From Azolla caroliniana (Eukaryota; Plantae; Polypodiophyta), in the NCBI GenBank assembly GCA_043228905.1, contig JBHGNT010000010.1:4774001-4838000 (forward strand): a stretch of DNA of 64,000 nt. Reading direction: 5' to 3'. The notes under the pieces are model-generated. The model worked only from the letters and a program-made list of their open reading frames with translations. It was not told the origin of the DNA and did no database searches. The translations under genes were made by a program, and so were the position numbers. Of this stretch, positions 52,203 to 64,000 are shown piece by piece; positions within the stretch are counted from its first letter, which is position 1; each line of letters begins with the position of its first letter.

Positions 52203-53056
52203 TGTCGTGAAGGATTCCGACCATAGGAAGAAAACGGAGCCGGATGCGTGTGAACGGGGGTGTGCATTGGTGCACGCAAAATTTATCTTCATGTACAAAC
52301 ATGAGTAAATAACTTAGTATTAGTGGAGTGTTGAGGAATGCTACGTAGAAGAGATTTGATAGGTACTTTAAGACCACACGGATGGAGAATAATAAAAGGG
52401 ATTGATGGGAGAAAATCGGGGAAGATCTCTGATAGAAATCGGCTGTCTTTATGCATGATGTAACGGCCTCCACTTGGGCTATAAAAGGGGAGGTTTTGAA
52501 CTGTGTTGGGCATCCATCAATTGGAGAATGAAGTGATGTGGGTTTGAGTGTCAAGCTCTGTTGTTCCCGTTGTTTCTGTTCTGTGTGGTTTTATGTAAGA
52601 AGGTGGAAGCCTCTACTCGTGTAAGAAACCCATGTGCTCCCGACCAGAGGTCCGCCGTTCTGCGTTATGTGTGAGTAGAGCTCGAGGGTTTGTCTTCAGC
52701 CATGTCCGGATGTAATTTTTCTTGCTTTTCTTTTGTTAATCATTATTTGCCGGTCTTATCCTTGTGTTCAAGCATCCCCTCGTTGTCTCTGTTCGTCTCG
52801 TGTTCGTTGTGCCCGAGCCTGTGTGCTCGTCCGTTGAGCTTCAACAACTGATCTAGAGTAGTATACGTCTCTGAGCCCGTGAGCTCACCGTCCTACATCC
52901 AACATCTGATCTGGATCGGATTGTTGAGGTATTAGTCCCTCTGGATGGGGACCGCTTGAATGGGATCGGAGGATCCAGAGGAGGAAGCCAGATTGGATGG
53001 ATTCGGAAGGATATTTGGAAACCGGAAGGAGTTCGGCCGGATCTGGTATGAACCAT
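52203..53056 (+). mobile_element. TGTCGTG-family LTR copy A, cut at its 3' end by copy B
   Basis: Starts TGTCGTGAAGGATTCCG after CCGG. TATAAAAGGGGAGG near 52480. Colinear with copy B. Confidence 0.7.
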
Positions 53057-53365
53057 TGTCGTGAGGAATTTCGGCTACTAGGAGAAAAGGTGTCTTGAGA
53101 GCGCGTGAACGGGGCGTGCATTGATGCACTCGACATGTCTTTGTATAATCATGTGTAAATAAGTTAGTGTTCGTTTGTTGGGAGTCGAACTCAACTTCCC
53201 ATAGTAATAGGTTTCACACTAGCTCATGGACATACCAGGCTAGTTTTGTAAATAGTAGAAAGGGAACTTACCCTAGCTTAGTTGGTATTTAAACCAACCC
53301 CTTGTAACTTAGTTACTGTTGGAAGTATTTGGGTTAATGTAATATACAATCTTTCATCTCTGTCT

Positions 53366-53414
<49 letters not shown>

Positions 53415-55227
53415 GCCTTACGTACACACACACACACTCACTCAATTATCTTCCACTTCATTAAACCACTAGCTCTGTTTATTTACATGGTATCAGAGCG
53501 TGTGGTTACTTAATCGAATCTATTCAACTGTGTTGTGGTACACGCCGACGATCAACAGAACCGACTCATCAATAGAGAAGAAATCGACATAATGAACACT
53601 CAAATGGGAAGCGCTCTTCCTACCGAGAAGCTTGATAGAACGAACTTCACATCTTGGGAATACAAGATGCATCAATACCTTGTCAGACAAGGTTACTGGA
53701 GCTACATTGAAGGAGCTCATGAAACTCAACCTAACCCAACACACAACGACTATCCCGCTTGGGAGTAGGCCACAAGCTGTGTTGTATTGCCTTGCATCAT
53801 GCGTTCATGATCATATGCTTGGCTATATTCGAGATTCGAAAACACCAAAAGAAGCTTGAGAAAACCTCCAAAAAAAAATTGTGGCCAACACGGCTGCACG
53901 AAAGCTCCAACTTTGATAGGAGCTAAACAACATGCAACATGGGGACATGTCGGTCACATGTTATACCTTAAAGATCAAGGAGTTGTGCGATGCCCTCGGT
54001 TCGATTAATGTTGTAATAGACGATGACGCCTCAACGGCTTAGCCCCTCGATTGGGCTTGATTAGATCGGCCATCCTTGCAAGGGAGAATCCTCCTTCATT
54101 TTTCGATCTCCAATCAATATTGTTGGTTGAGGAAAATCACGCCCTACAAAGGAGCAATGCACTAGAGGGTCATATGATCTACTCCCAGTCAGACGATAAA
54201 AGAAATTTCGGTCGTGGAAATAGAGGTTGATTCGAACAAGGCTGTAATGGTCGGCAGACTCAAGAGTGTAACTCTCACCAATGGCAAGCGGATAGGAACG
54301 GTCCTAGAGAGTTCGACAAAAGGGGGAGTCATCACGCCGGACCAAGCAATCACAATACCCCAATCGAATGCGGGTACTGTGGAAAACACGACCACTATGA
54401 AGAAGAGTGCTAGAAAAAGGTACGAGACTCGGCTTCAACTAGTCGACAACTCACGAACTACCCATTGAATCCCTACTATGACAATCGTAGTGGAATGTTT
54501 ACAAATTACGCCACGAATTCCGACTACGGAGACAGTGGCGGAATGTTCGTAATGAGGCACGAAGCACACTCGATGTCAGCACAGGCCTCAACTAGTGCCT
54601 CTGCCTCAAATAACGTATGGTTTGTTGACTCGGGAGCATCCAACCACATGACGTCTCATGAAGATTGGTTTGGGGAATTACAAAAACCTGAACGCGGATA
54701 TGTCGAGACAGGCGATGACACGACTCATTCAATACAGCATATCGGGAACGTCCCATTCAGAAACAATGGCAAACAAACCTATCTCAAGAACGTACTGCAT
54801 GTCCCTACCATCACGAAAAACCTGGTCTCAGTCGGCCAGATTGTCGAACAAGGAATGCAAGTATGATTCAACAATGATGGGTGCTTTATCGAAAGAGGAG
54901 ATCAAGTCGTAGCTCACGATCGTCATGAAGGCCGTATGTTTATCCTCGAATCGAACGAGGTAAAGTTAGCCATGTTCGCAAAGGACCTTAAAGTCGAAAC
55001 CGACATAAATCTGTGGCACAAGAGAATTGACCACATCAATCTCCAAAAACTCCAGAACATGCAATCGAAAGGAGTCGTAATCAAACTCCCGAATTTTACC
55101 GCGAAGGAGATTACTGGCATATGCGAAGCGTGCTAGTTCGGAAAGCAACGCCGATATCCATTCCTGAAAGAGCGGAATGTGAGTAAAGGGACCATGGATG
55201 TTGTACATTCAGATGTATGGGGATTGG

Positions 55228-55952
55228 TGTCGTGAGGATTTTCGGCCATGGTGAGAAAACCCAAGCGGGAGGAATAAAACAAGATGTGCAACATTGCACG
55301 TGAACTTAGGAAAGTTGTAACATAGGAATAATAGACAAATGTAAGGAGGATAAGGAGGAAAAGTAAGATGTAAAGGTATAAAGGTGATGTGCACTTTGTA
55401 GAGTAGAGTGAGGCACATGAAGTATGGGTGTAGGGAGTAGTGGGCATTGAGTATGTCGGTGAGAGGAGAGGGAGTTAAGACCCATCAATCTCACCTCCTA
55501 AGATTGAGGTCAAATACTCTCCTTTGAAAGAAAGGGGATTTGACCACTCCTTTTTGTAATGTGCCTCACCCCTTACTACTATAGAAGGGAGTGAGGGGTC
55601 ACTTTTGAGGGGCTTCCACTTTTTGGGTTTCTTTGGGTTGCCATTAGGGTTTCGGAATTTTGGCTTTTAGGATCTCGTTTTAGGGGTTTCATTGGTTTTC
55701 TTCTTCTTCTTTTCCCCTATCCGGTTAGGGTTTCTTCTAGTGGTTTGATTTGGCCTATGCGGCCATGGTTGTAATCGTATAGTGGATTCTTAATATAGTT
55801 TGTTGATGTTTCTTGTCTCTATGTTCTCTACCATGCTAACCTCTTATTCTTTCTCCTTTCCTCTTGAGCCAAAAGGTTGTAAAGGTTAAACTCCCAAGCT
55901 TCTCTCCCTTCTCTTACTCCCTAGTCCAAGACCCCCGTGGTCCCGCCCCTTT
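55228..55952 (+). mobile_element. TGTCGTG-family LTR nested in the Copia integrase, 3' end deleted
   Basis: Starts TGTCGTGAGGATTTTCGG right after HSDVWG. The end GTCCAAGACCCCCGTGGTCCC resembles the near-terminal block of the other copies. Integrase resumes at RYYVTFIDD. Confidence 0.7.
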
Positions 55953-56860
55953 TCGATATTACGTTACGTTCATCGACGACTTCTCCAGGAACACCTGGAT
56001 CTACTCGATGAAACAAAAGAGCGAAGTGTTCGGATACTTCTAGATATTCAAAGCCAAAGTCGAAAAAGCTACGGATCGGCATGTACGCTGTCTTCGATCG
56101 GATGGACGCAAAGAATACTTTTTGGATGAGTTTACGGCGTAGCTGAGCGTAAAAACCGACACATAGTAGAAGTTGCACGGGCTATGATGAATGAGAAGAA
56201 CCTGCCGAAATCGTATTGAGCATAAGCGGCAAACATGACTGTATACCTCATGAATAGGTGCACAACCTCGGGAGTACATGACGTAACTCCTCATGAGAAG
56301 TTCTTTGGAAATAAGCTAGACTTATCACATGTTCACATTTTCGACGCAATCGCCTACGTGCATATTCCCGACGATACACGACAAAAGCTCGACCCGAAGT
56401 CGGAGAAATGTATCCTCGTAGGATACTCACTTGAACAGAAGGGGTACAAATGCTACAACCCATCTACCCGAAAAGCTCGCGTAAGTCGAGATGTTGTCTT
56501 CGATGAATAGGCATCCTAGTATGCACCAGAGAATACTTCGACTCCAACTCCGCTCGACGCGGATGGCACCGAAATAGAAGTAGAAGACGAAGATTGGCTC
56601 ACATGCATGTTCAAAGAAATCCTGATTACGACATGACTTAGTGGACCACGGGAGCCCTCGAGTGCCCAAAGCACATTTCGACCGAGTCTGAAACTCAACA
56701 AAGGGAAGGCCAAGATGTCCGAATACGAAGATCCAATCGACAACACGTCGACTGACTCCTTCGATAGTGAGTTCGAAGGCCTGGACATCCTAATCATCTG
56801 GACAGATGGAGCAAAGAAAGCCTTAGTATTCGCAAACGAGAAACTCCGTCGATCGACCCG

Positions 56861-57946
56861 TGACGCCGAGCGGCAATAAAGTCGGGACGAACGATCCCAT
56901 GTATCACGAGATTTATCCCACATAGTCACGTGACCCTCACTTTGTTTTATAAAAGGGAGGGAGCGCTTCTTTTACAAGGGTTCCCACCCGTTGGGTCCCA
57001 AATAGTTGTGTCCCTCATTTTGAGGTTCCGATTACTGTTAATGAATTTCTGTGTATAACGTCTTTGTCTATGCTCTGTTAGGGTTCCATCTTGGTGTGTG
57101 TGTTGTCTCAATTCTTTGTTAGGGTTTCATCTTGGAGTGTGTGTTGTCTCTGTTTTCTGTTAGGGTTTTGGTGTCTTCTGAGTGTGTGCGTAGGTGGTGT
57201 GTTCGGTTATGGCAAGTGGCGTGCAGACTGTCTGTGCTTTCCTCGAGTTCCTGCTCGTTGGCTCTCAGCACTCCGCTGTCCGGCATGTCTGCGAGTGTGT
57301 GTGTAGGTGCTGGCTTCTGCCGCTTATGCAGAGCCTGCACGCTAAGTGGTTCGTTAATAGGTCTCCCTCCTTGGCGCGCAAGACCCCACTCGGTTCAGCG
57401 AGCTTGTGCGCTCCTTGAAGGCGGCTTGGCACAGGAGGCGGTCGTTCTGGAAGAGGCGTGCCCTGTACGAGGGTCCCGTTGCGCGGACAAGCCTGAGAGC
57501 TCCCTGACCGGCCCTAGTGTGCGGGCTCCCTCTTCCCCTCCGTGTGGAACTAGTATCACAACGAGCGGTGTGTGTGTAGGCGTGTGTGTCTCTGGTTAGT
57601 GTAGGGTCCGAGAGTGGGTGCGTGTGTGGTCGCCGGTGTAGAGGTGCCGGTGGTAACTGGGTGTGTATATGGACGTGTGCGTGTGTGTGGGCGCGGTTAA
57701 TCGGGCCGCATCCTGTGCCTGTTTTGGGCCCCTTGTACAAACGGGCGAAAGGGGCGGCAAGGACGAGGGTGTGCTCTCTCGCTTCTCGTGCGGTTACCGG
57801 TCGCGTCTAGAGAGTATCCGGGATCGAACCGGCCGGCAACGCGCCAAGCTCCGGAAGATTCGGGTCCCCGACAACTACTCCCCTCTTGGTCCATGACCTT
57901 GGTGGTCTCGTCCGGATCCGACATGTGAGCGCAGATAACTGCGACA
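56861..57946 (+). mobile_element. Solo LTR (~1086 bp) nested in Copia pol
   Basis: TGACGC...GCGACA termini. The host frame RRSTR|EKN is restored on removal. 3' block similar to 61688-61749. Confidence 0.75.
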
Positions 57947-58796
57947 CTGTGAAAAGAACCTCGTAAGCCGTTTCGTGATGAAGGTAGCATCAGTACGGGA
58001 GCTGGAGACGCTTTTCGAAGTTGTAAAGGATTCGCGCTGGGTTGATGCGATGAATGAGGAAATGGAATTGTTATGCAAAAACGAGACATGGGATCTCGTC
58101 CCTCACACGCCGCACAAGAAAGCGATTGGCTGTCAATGAATTTACAAAGTGAAACACAATGCCGACGACAATATAAATCACTTCAAAGCACGGCTCGTTG
58201 CGAAAGGATACGCGCAAACGAATGGCGTAGACTACGAAGAAACCTTTGCCCCGATGGCAAAGATGACAACTGTGCGGACCGTAATTGCAATCGCGGTAGC
58301 AAAGGGGTGGCACCTCCACCAGATGGATGTCAAGAATGCCTTTCTTCAAGGCGAATTAGAAGAGGTGTACACGATCCAACCACCCGGTTTTGAATTGTGC
58401 AATCATTCGAACGCCATGTGCCGACTCAAGAAGCCTCTCTACGGCCTCAAACAAGCACCACGTTTGTGGCACTCAAAGATCACACAATATCTTCATCAGA
58501 TTGGATTTCGAATGTCAAAATCTGATACTTCTCTGTACATCTGAAACGAGTTGGATAGCTTGATTGTCATTATCCTTTACGTGGATGATTTGGTCATCGA
58601 AGGAACGGATCTCGCTGAGATTAACAAGTTCAAATCACTTCGCTCCGGAAGATTCGAAATGAAAGACTTGCACGAGCTCCATTACTTCCAAGGCATTGTT
58701 GTAATTCGGACCCCATTCAGAATAATGATCTCTTAATGGCACTACGTTCTCAACTTGCTCTACAAGTTCAGAATGACCTGATGCAAACCTATGTCC

Positions 58797-59681
58797 TGAC
58801 AGGAACACACGCTCCCTAAGCACAACGCTCGGCCACAACCGAGGCTAGGATCAAACACAGAAAACGGATAATGAACGCACGACACAGTGAAGAGAAGAGT
58901 ACACAGGATGTTTACGTGGAAAACCCAAACTAGGGAAAAACCACAGCAGCCCACAGGCTGCAAACTATCACTATGTTACAATGTACAACAGTAAAGCACC
59001 GAAGCAACGACCTCGAGCTTTCTATCTTCGCCACAGGCGGCGGTTACAACAGAGGCAACGACCTCTTCCTCTCTCTCTCTCTCTGTACACAATTACGCGC
59101 TCTAATCTTGCACCAACAAGAATAGCAACAACAATCATCTATATTTCTAAGTTTGCCCTAAGTCATATTTATACTAATATGACTTTTCGGCTATTTACAA
59201 ATATAGCCCCGATGGCCTCTCAGGAAACATATTTACGAATATGTCCCTTCATTCGGTGAGCACTCCTCACCGGGCCTACATCATCCGACGCTTGCCGGGT
59301 ACTCCTCATCTGGTTCTCACCGGGCCTTCACCATCCGGCTCTTGCTGGGTACTCTTCATCCGGTTCTCACCGGGTCTTCACCATTCAGCTCTTGCCGGGT
59401 ACTCTTCATCCGGTTCTCACCGGGTCTTCACCATCCGACTTTTGCCGGGTACTCTTCATCCAGTTCTCACCGGGTCTTCCATAGCCGGGTACTCCACATC
59501 CGGTTCTCACCGGGTCTTCACCATCCGGCTCTTACCGGGTACTCTTCATCCGGTTCTCACCGGGTCTTCCGTAGCCTGGTACTCCACATCCGGATTCGGC
59601 CGAGGCCTATCGGCCTCAGCCGATTTTGCTCAACGACACTGTTCTTCTCACTTCCCATCTGGAGGGACCTGTTTCGTAACA
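58797..59681 (-). mobile_element. Solo LTR (885 bp) nested in Copia RT
   Basis: TG...CA termini with a perfect 5-bp TSD TGTCC (58792-58796 / 59682-59686). Host CKPMSTPLD is restored on removal. Tandem array at 59260-59600. Orientation is inferred. Confidence 0.85.
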
Positions 59682-60828
59682 TGTCCACCCCTCTCGATCG
59701 TAATCTCAAGATGGATGCCGATTCCGGCACAGCCACGTGCGAGTCAACTCAGTATCGTCAATTGATCGGTAGCTTAATCTATCTCACCATTACGCAACCT
59801 GATCTCAGTTATTCGATCCGCCTACTTAGCCAATTCATGCAGAATCCGCGAAACTTTCATCTCGATTGCGCTAAGAGGATACTCCGGTATGTTAGTACTA
59901 CGATGGATTACGGCATTATGTATAACTCAAATATGACCATTCGACTCGAAGGATACACAAACGCGGACTGGGCAGGATACAAAGCAGATAGACAATCCAC
60001 ATCCGGATTCGTCTTCTCCCTCGGCAGCAAAGCGATCTCTTGGAGTAGTAAGAAGTAGCCGATAGTTGCACTATCGAGCATGAAAGCCGAATACAAGGGG
60101 GCGGCAGTCACCGCAGGTGAAGCCGTATGGCTCAAGCCCATACTAAAGGATTTGGGTGTTCCCATTACGGATCCAATTTGCCTCTTCTATGACAACTTGA
60201 GCAACATCTACCTCGCTTGGAACCCAATTTTTCATGCACATACTAAGCATATAGAAGTGCACTACCACTTCATCTGCGAGCACATACAGGCCAGAGAAAT
60301 CGATCCACAACATATTAGTATGCATCTCCAGGTTGTTGATATTTTTACGAAGGTCATAGGAGTTGACAAGCTCAGGAAATTCACATCAGATCTTGGTCTC
60401 ACGACATCCACATTGTCGAGCTTGAGGGGGAGTACTGCGAGCGACATGTGCACAATACGCAATTTATTGAGCACGCAACATGCAACGATACGTAAGTAAG
60501 CAACACGTAGTTAATCGAACCGAGCATGAAGCCGAAAAGTCGAGCAATCCAGTTCGAGGATTACGAACGCTAGAAGCCGATTCTGAAGACCGAACCAAAA
60601 CAACTTTTCGACAGATGGAAGTTGTGTTTGAAGGGGCATGTTGAGAGTCGAACTCAACTTCCCATAACAATAGGTTTCACACTAGCTCATGGACATACCA
60701 GGCTAGTTTTGTAAATAGTAGAAAGGGCACTTACCCTAGCTTTGTTGGTATTTAAACCAACCCCTTGTAACTTAGTTACTGTTGGAAGTATTTTGGTTAA
60801 TGTAATATACAGTCTCTCATCTCTATCT

Positions 60829-60903
<75 letters not shown>

Positions 60904-61749
60904 GCCTTACGTACACACACACACACACACTCATATATCTTCCGCTGCATTACACCTCCAACTCCGTTTATTTACATAGTTTAAGTGTTGAGGAATACTA
61001 GATAGGAGTGATTCGATAGGTACTTTAAGGCCACACGCATAGAGAATAATAATAATAATTGATGGAGGAAATCGAGGTAAATCTTTGTCTGAAAGCCGAT
61101 GGCTTTATGGGTGATGTAACGGCCTTCCCTTGCTCTATAAAAGGGGAGGTTCGAGACTGTTTTGAGGATCCACAATTTTGGAGGAGGAAGTGTTGTTGGA
61201 TTGAGTGCCGAGCTCTCTCTCTCTCTCTCATGCTCTGTACTATTTCGAGGAAGAAGGCAAAGCCTCTGCTCACGCAGGAAGCCCGTGAGCTCCTGATCAG
61301 AGATTCATCCTTCCATTTCCCTGTGTGTGCGTAGCTTTGTTGCCGGATGTGCCCAGTTATACTATTTTTTACTCTCTTTTAATCATTAGTGTTAATGAGT
61401 TCTTCTTGTGTTGGGTATTTCCGATTGTCCCTACCTGGTACGTGTTTGCTGCATCTCGAGCTCGTGTTCTTATCCCCGTTCTGTTTCTGTTGTGTGCGCA
61501 TTCGAATCCGTGAGCTTGAGAGCTCACTGATGTTGTCCGGCATCATGACCGGGACAATACACTTCTGCAGGCCCGTGTGCTAACCGGCTGGGATCCGAAG
61601 TCGTTCGGAATTGGATACACATCCGGAAACCGATCTGGCGAAGCTATCCGGACTCCAACCTGAACCACCCTTTTCCCTTATCGGCTCCTTGGTCCGAGAC
61701 CCTGGTGGTCATGTCCCATTTCTACGCATCCACGCAGAATACCGCGACG

Positions 61750-64000
61750 TGAAGAGAAATAGTTTTGTAAATATGTTTCTTATGGGCCGTTGGGGCCACA
61801 TTTGTAAATAGCCCATATGTTATATAAGTATAAATATAACTAGGGCAAATGCATATAGTGAGGAGTTATCATATGTATGATAATTTGATTTGAGTGTTGC
61901 TGTTGTATAGGCAAAGAGGGAGGGAGAGGAAAGAGAGAACAAAAAGTAAGTTTATGTTCTAATAGCTTGCTAGCGAGGTCACAAAGCTAGAGGTCGGTGC
62001 CTCTAAGCTTCACATTGTATTTCTCTATTTCATGTGTTTTGGTTCGGAGTTAGAAAACTCCTGTGGTTTTGCCTCGAGGTTTTCCACTTTAATATCCTAT
62101 ATCAATCTACTTGTTTTGTTTGTTTCTTCCATCGTGTGTTTGAGACTCAGTTGTGGCCGAACACTATTTGTATCAATATGGTATCAAAACATTTTTTGGT
62201 TTCAAGCCTAAATTGAAAATGGAAGATCCATTCGGCGGCATGTTCAAGCTCACTAGCTCCAACTACTCAGTGTGGAAGTCGAAGATGAAGGACATGGTGG
62301 TGGTAAAAGATCTCTAGTTGCCGGTGCAGTTTGGAGATACAAAACCAGACAAAATAGATGCACCGACCTAGGAGGTGATGCATATGAAGATGATAGCCTA
62401 CATTCAATGCTTCATCGACATGAGCCTGTACAACAACTTCAACAAAGAGAGTAAGGCTCATGAACTCTGGGAGGAGATAAGCATTATGTTTTAGAACAAG
62501 AATGTCATAAATCGAGTCTCAATATTCCAGAAGTTAGTGAAACTCAGATATCATGGCGGCTCCAACATGGTGGAGCACATGAATGCCTTCTAGGGGCTTA
62601 TAAATCAGATATCAATCAATACGGCTCTAGTTGACGAGGTACTCGTGTTGTTATTGCTCGGTTCCCTCCCGAATAGTTGGGAGATGTTAGTTGTCACTTT
62701 GGGCAACGCTGGGTCGGAAGGTAAACACCTATCCCTAGTGAGAGTAAAATCAAGCTTGCTAGATGAAGAGGCTTGTCGGAAAGACAAGGAAGTGATCTCC
62801 GACTCAAAAACCCTAGTTACCGGAACCGACACACAACGAGGGAGAGGCTGGAATCGAGGTCCCTAGAACCTGGAAAAGTCGGGGATGAGGTCTAAGTCAA
62901 GGGGGAGGCCCACATGCTTCTAGTGTGGGAAGTCGGGGCACTTTTAGAAGAACTGCCGACACTTCCGGAATGAGAAAGGGGGAGACGAAAATCCCGACTC
63001 GAAGAAGGGTCTGGATCGGAAAGGAACATCGGCAATCGCGACAAGTGAAGAAGAACTGCTACTTATCACCGAGGAGAGTGAGCTACAACATGTAAGCGAC
63101 GAAATGACGTGGGTGGTCGACTCCGGAGCGTCGTTGCATTTGACTCCCAAATGTAAGTGCTTCGCATCCTGTAGAGCCGGAGATCACGACTGTGTGAGAA
63201 TGGGGAATGAAGGTGCATGCCGAATTGTCGGCATAGGAGACGTGTGGCTGACAACGTCAACCGGGTGCAAGTTACTGTTGAAAGATGTCCAACATGTTCT
63301 GGAGGTTCGCTTGAACCTGATATTAGCCGGTTGGCTAGATGATGAAGGCTACACTAGGAGCATCTGGAATGGAGTCATGAAGTTCACCAAAGGGACCTTG
63401 ATCGTGGCTCGAGCCCGAAAGATCAACACCTTGTACTTGATGCATGCCCAGATCTGTTGGGAGGAAGTAAATGTTGCATCCGACACTGTCGGTGAGCTGT
63501 GACACAAGAGTTTGTGTCACATGAACCAGAAAGGGATGAGAAGACTTGCCGAGGATAAACTCATTCCGGAGGTGAAAGACGTGCAGCTTGAGAGGTGCAC
63601 CGATTCTTTGGACGACACGCAGAATCGAATCTCTAGAGCTCGTGCATGCTGATGTATGCCAAGTGGACATGAAGTCACATGCTGGGTCGCAATACTTCGT
63701 GACGTTCATAGATGACCAAAGCCGGAAGTTGTGGGTCTCACTGCTAAAGACGGAGGATCAGGTATTGACCGTCTTCAAGGAGTTCCATGAAACCAATTGA
63801 AAGCTGAAGGCAGTTCGAGCCGACAATGGTGGAGAGTATTGGGGGTAGTTCGAGGAATACTGCCAATCAAAAGGAATATGGCTAGAATTTACTGTGCCCA
63901 GGACGCCGGAGTTGAATGGATTGGCCGAAAGGATGAACCAGATAGTGATAGAGAGAGTCCAGAGCATGTTGGCACATGTTAAGCTGCCCAAGACGTTTTG
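61750..64000 (+). mobile_element. Second Ty1/Copia (Tnt1/Tork-like), 5' part, pseudogenised; runs off the window
   Basis: LTR ~61750-62175 and PBS-like TGGTATCAAAAC at 62179-62190. gag MEDPFGGMFKLTSSNYSVWKSKM from 62220, LLLGSLPNSWE, protease WVVDSGASLH and integrase LELVHADVC/YFVTFIDD, with many stops. Confidence 0.9.

Larger units (their letters stand above)
53176..60976 (+). mobile_element. Complete but pseudogenised Ty1/Copia LTR retrotransposon
   Basis: LTRs 53176-53487 and 60639-60976 (TG...CA). TSD TCGTT/TAGTT. PBS TGGTATCAGAGC at 53488-53499. gag with CGYCGKHDHYEEEC knuckle, protease WFVDSGASNHM, integrase, RT (ARLVAKG, QMDVKNAF, YVDD) and RNase H (KHIEVHYHF) in Copia order, with many stops. 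Confidence 0.95.
53057..61749 (+). mobile_element. TGTCGTG-family LTR copy B, split by the Copia insertion (segments 53057-53175 and 60977-61749)
   Basis: Starts TGTCGTGAGGAATTTCGG. Sequence after 60977 resumes homology to 52320 onward (GTGTTGAGGAAT...GATAGGTACTTTAAG). Ends CCGCGACG, similar to CTGCGACA at 57946. Confidence 0.7.

Noticed and set aside
57091-58089. Several GC-rich ORFs
   Set aside because: They lie mostly within a solo LTR and show no protein motifs.
59241-59765. Repetitive ORFs and a CRISPR-like periodic array
   Set aside because: No unique spacers or cas genes. It is an LTR-internal tandem repeat in a plant genome.

Overview
Eukaryotic land-plant nuclear DNA. Plant-specific gene families, GT-AG introns, TTTAGGG repeats and Copia/Gypsy elements support this; a fern-like non-seed plant is my inference only. 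A central gene island (~12-49.3 kb) holds six protein-coding genes: a 5-exon IQ67-domain (IQD) gene, an intronless PADRE/DUF4228 gene, a plant calmodulin-binding-domain gene, an intronless probably plastid-targeted five-bladed beta-propeller glycoside hydrolase-like gene, an intronless bZIP factor and a 13-exon FG-GAP-repeat NERD1-like gene. Both ends (1-5.7 kb and 51.3-64 kb) are nests of decayed LTR retrotransposons. The right end includes a complete but pseudogenised Ty1/Copia (53176-60976) carrying three nested LTR-type insertions. A fold-back Mutator-like MITE and a hAT-like MITE are also present. The most notable observations are an IQD intron made largely of telomeric repeats, a TGTCG...CGACA solo-LTR family with apparent 4-bp NCGG/CCGN target sites, a tRNA-like cassette inside one LTR, and uneven divergence between the two Copia LTRs. 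I could not establish a wholly new biological system. All coordinates and alignments were read by eye.
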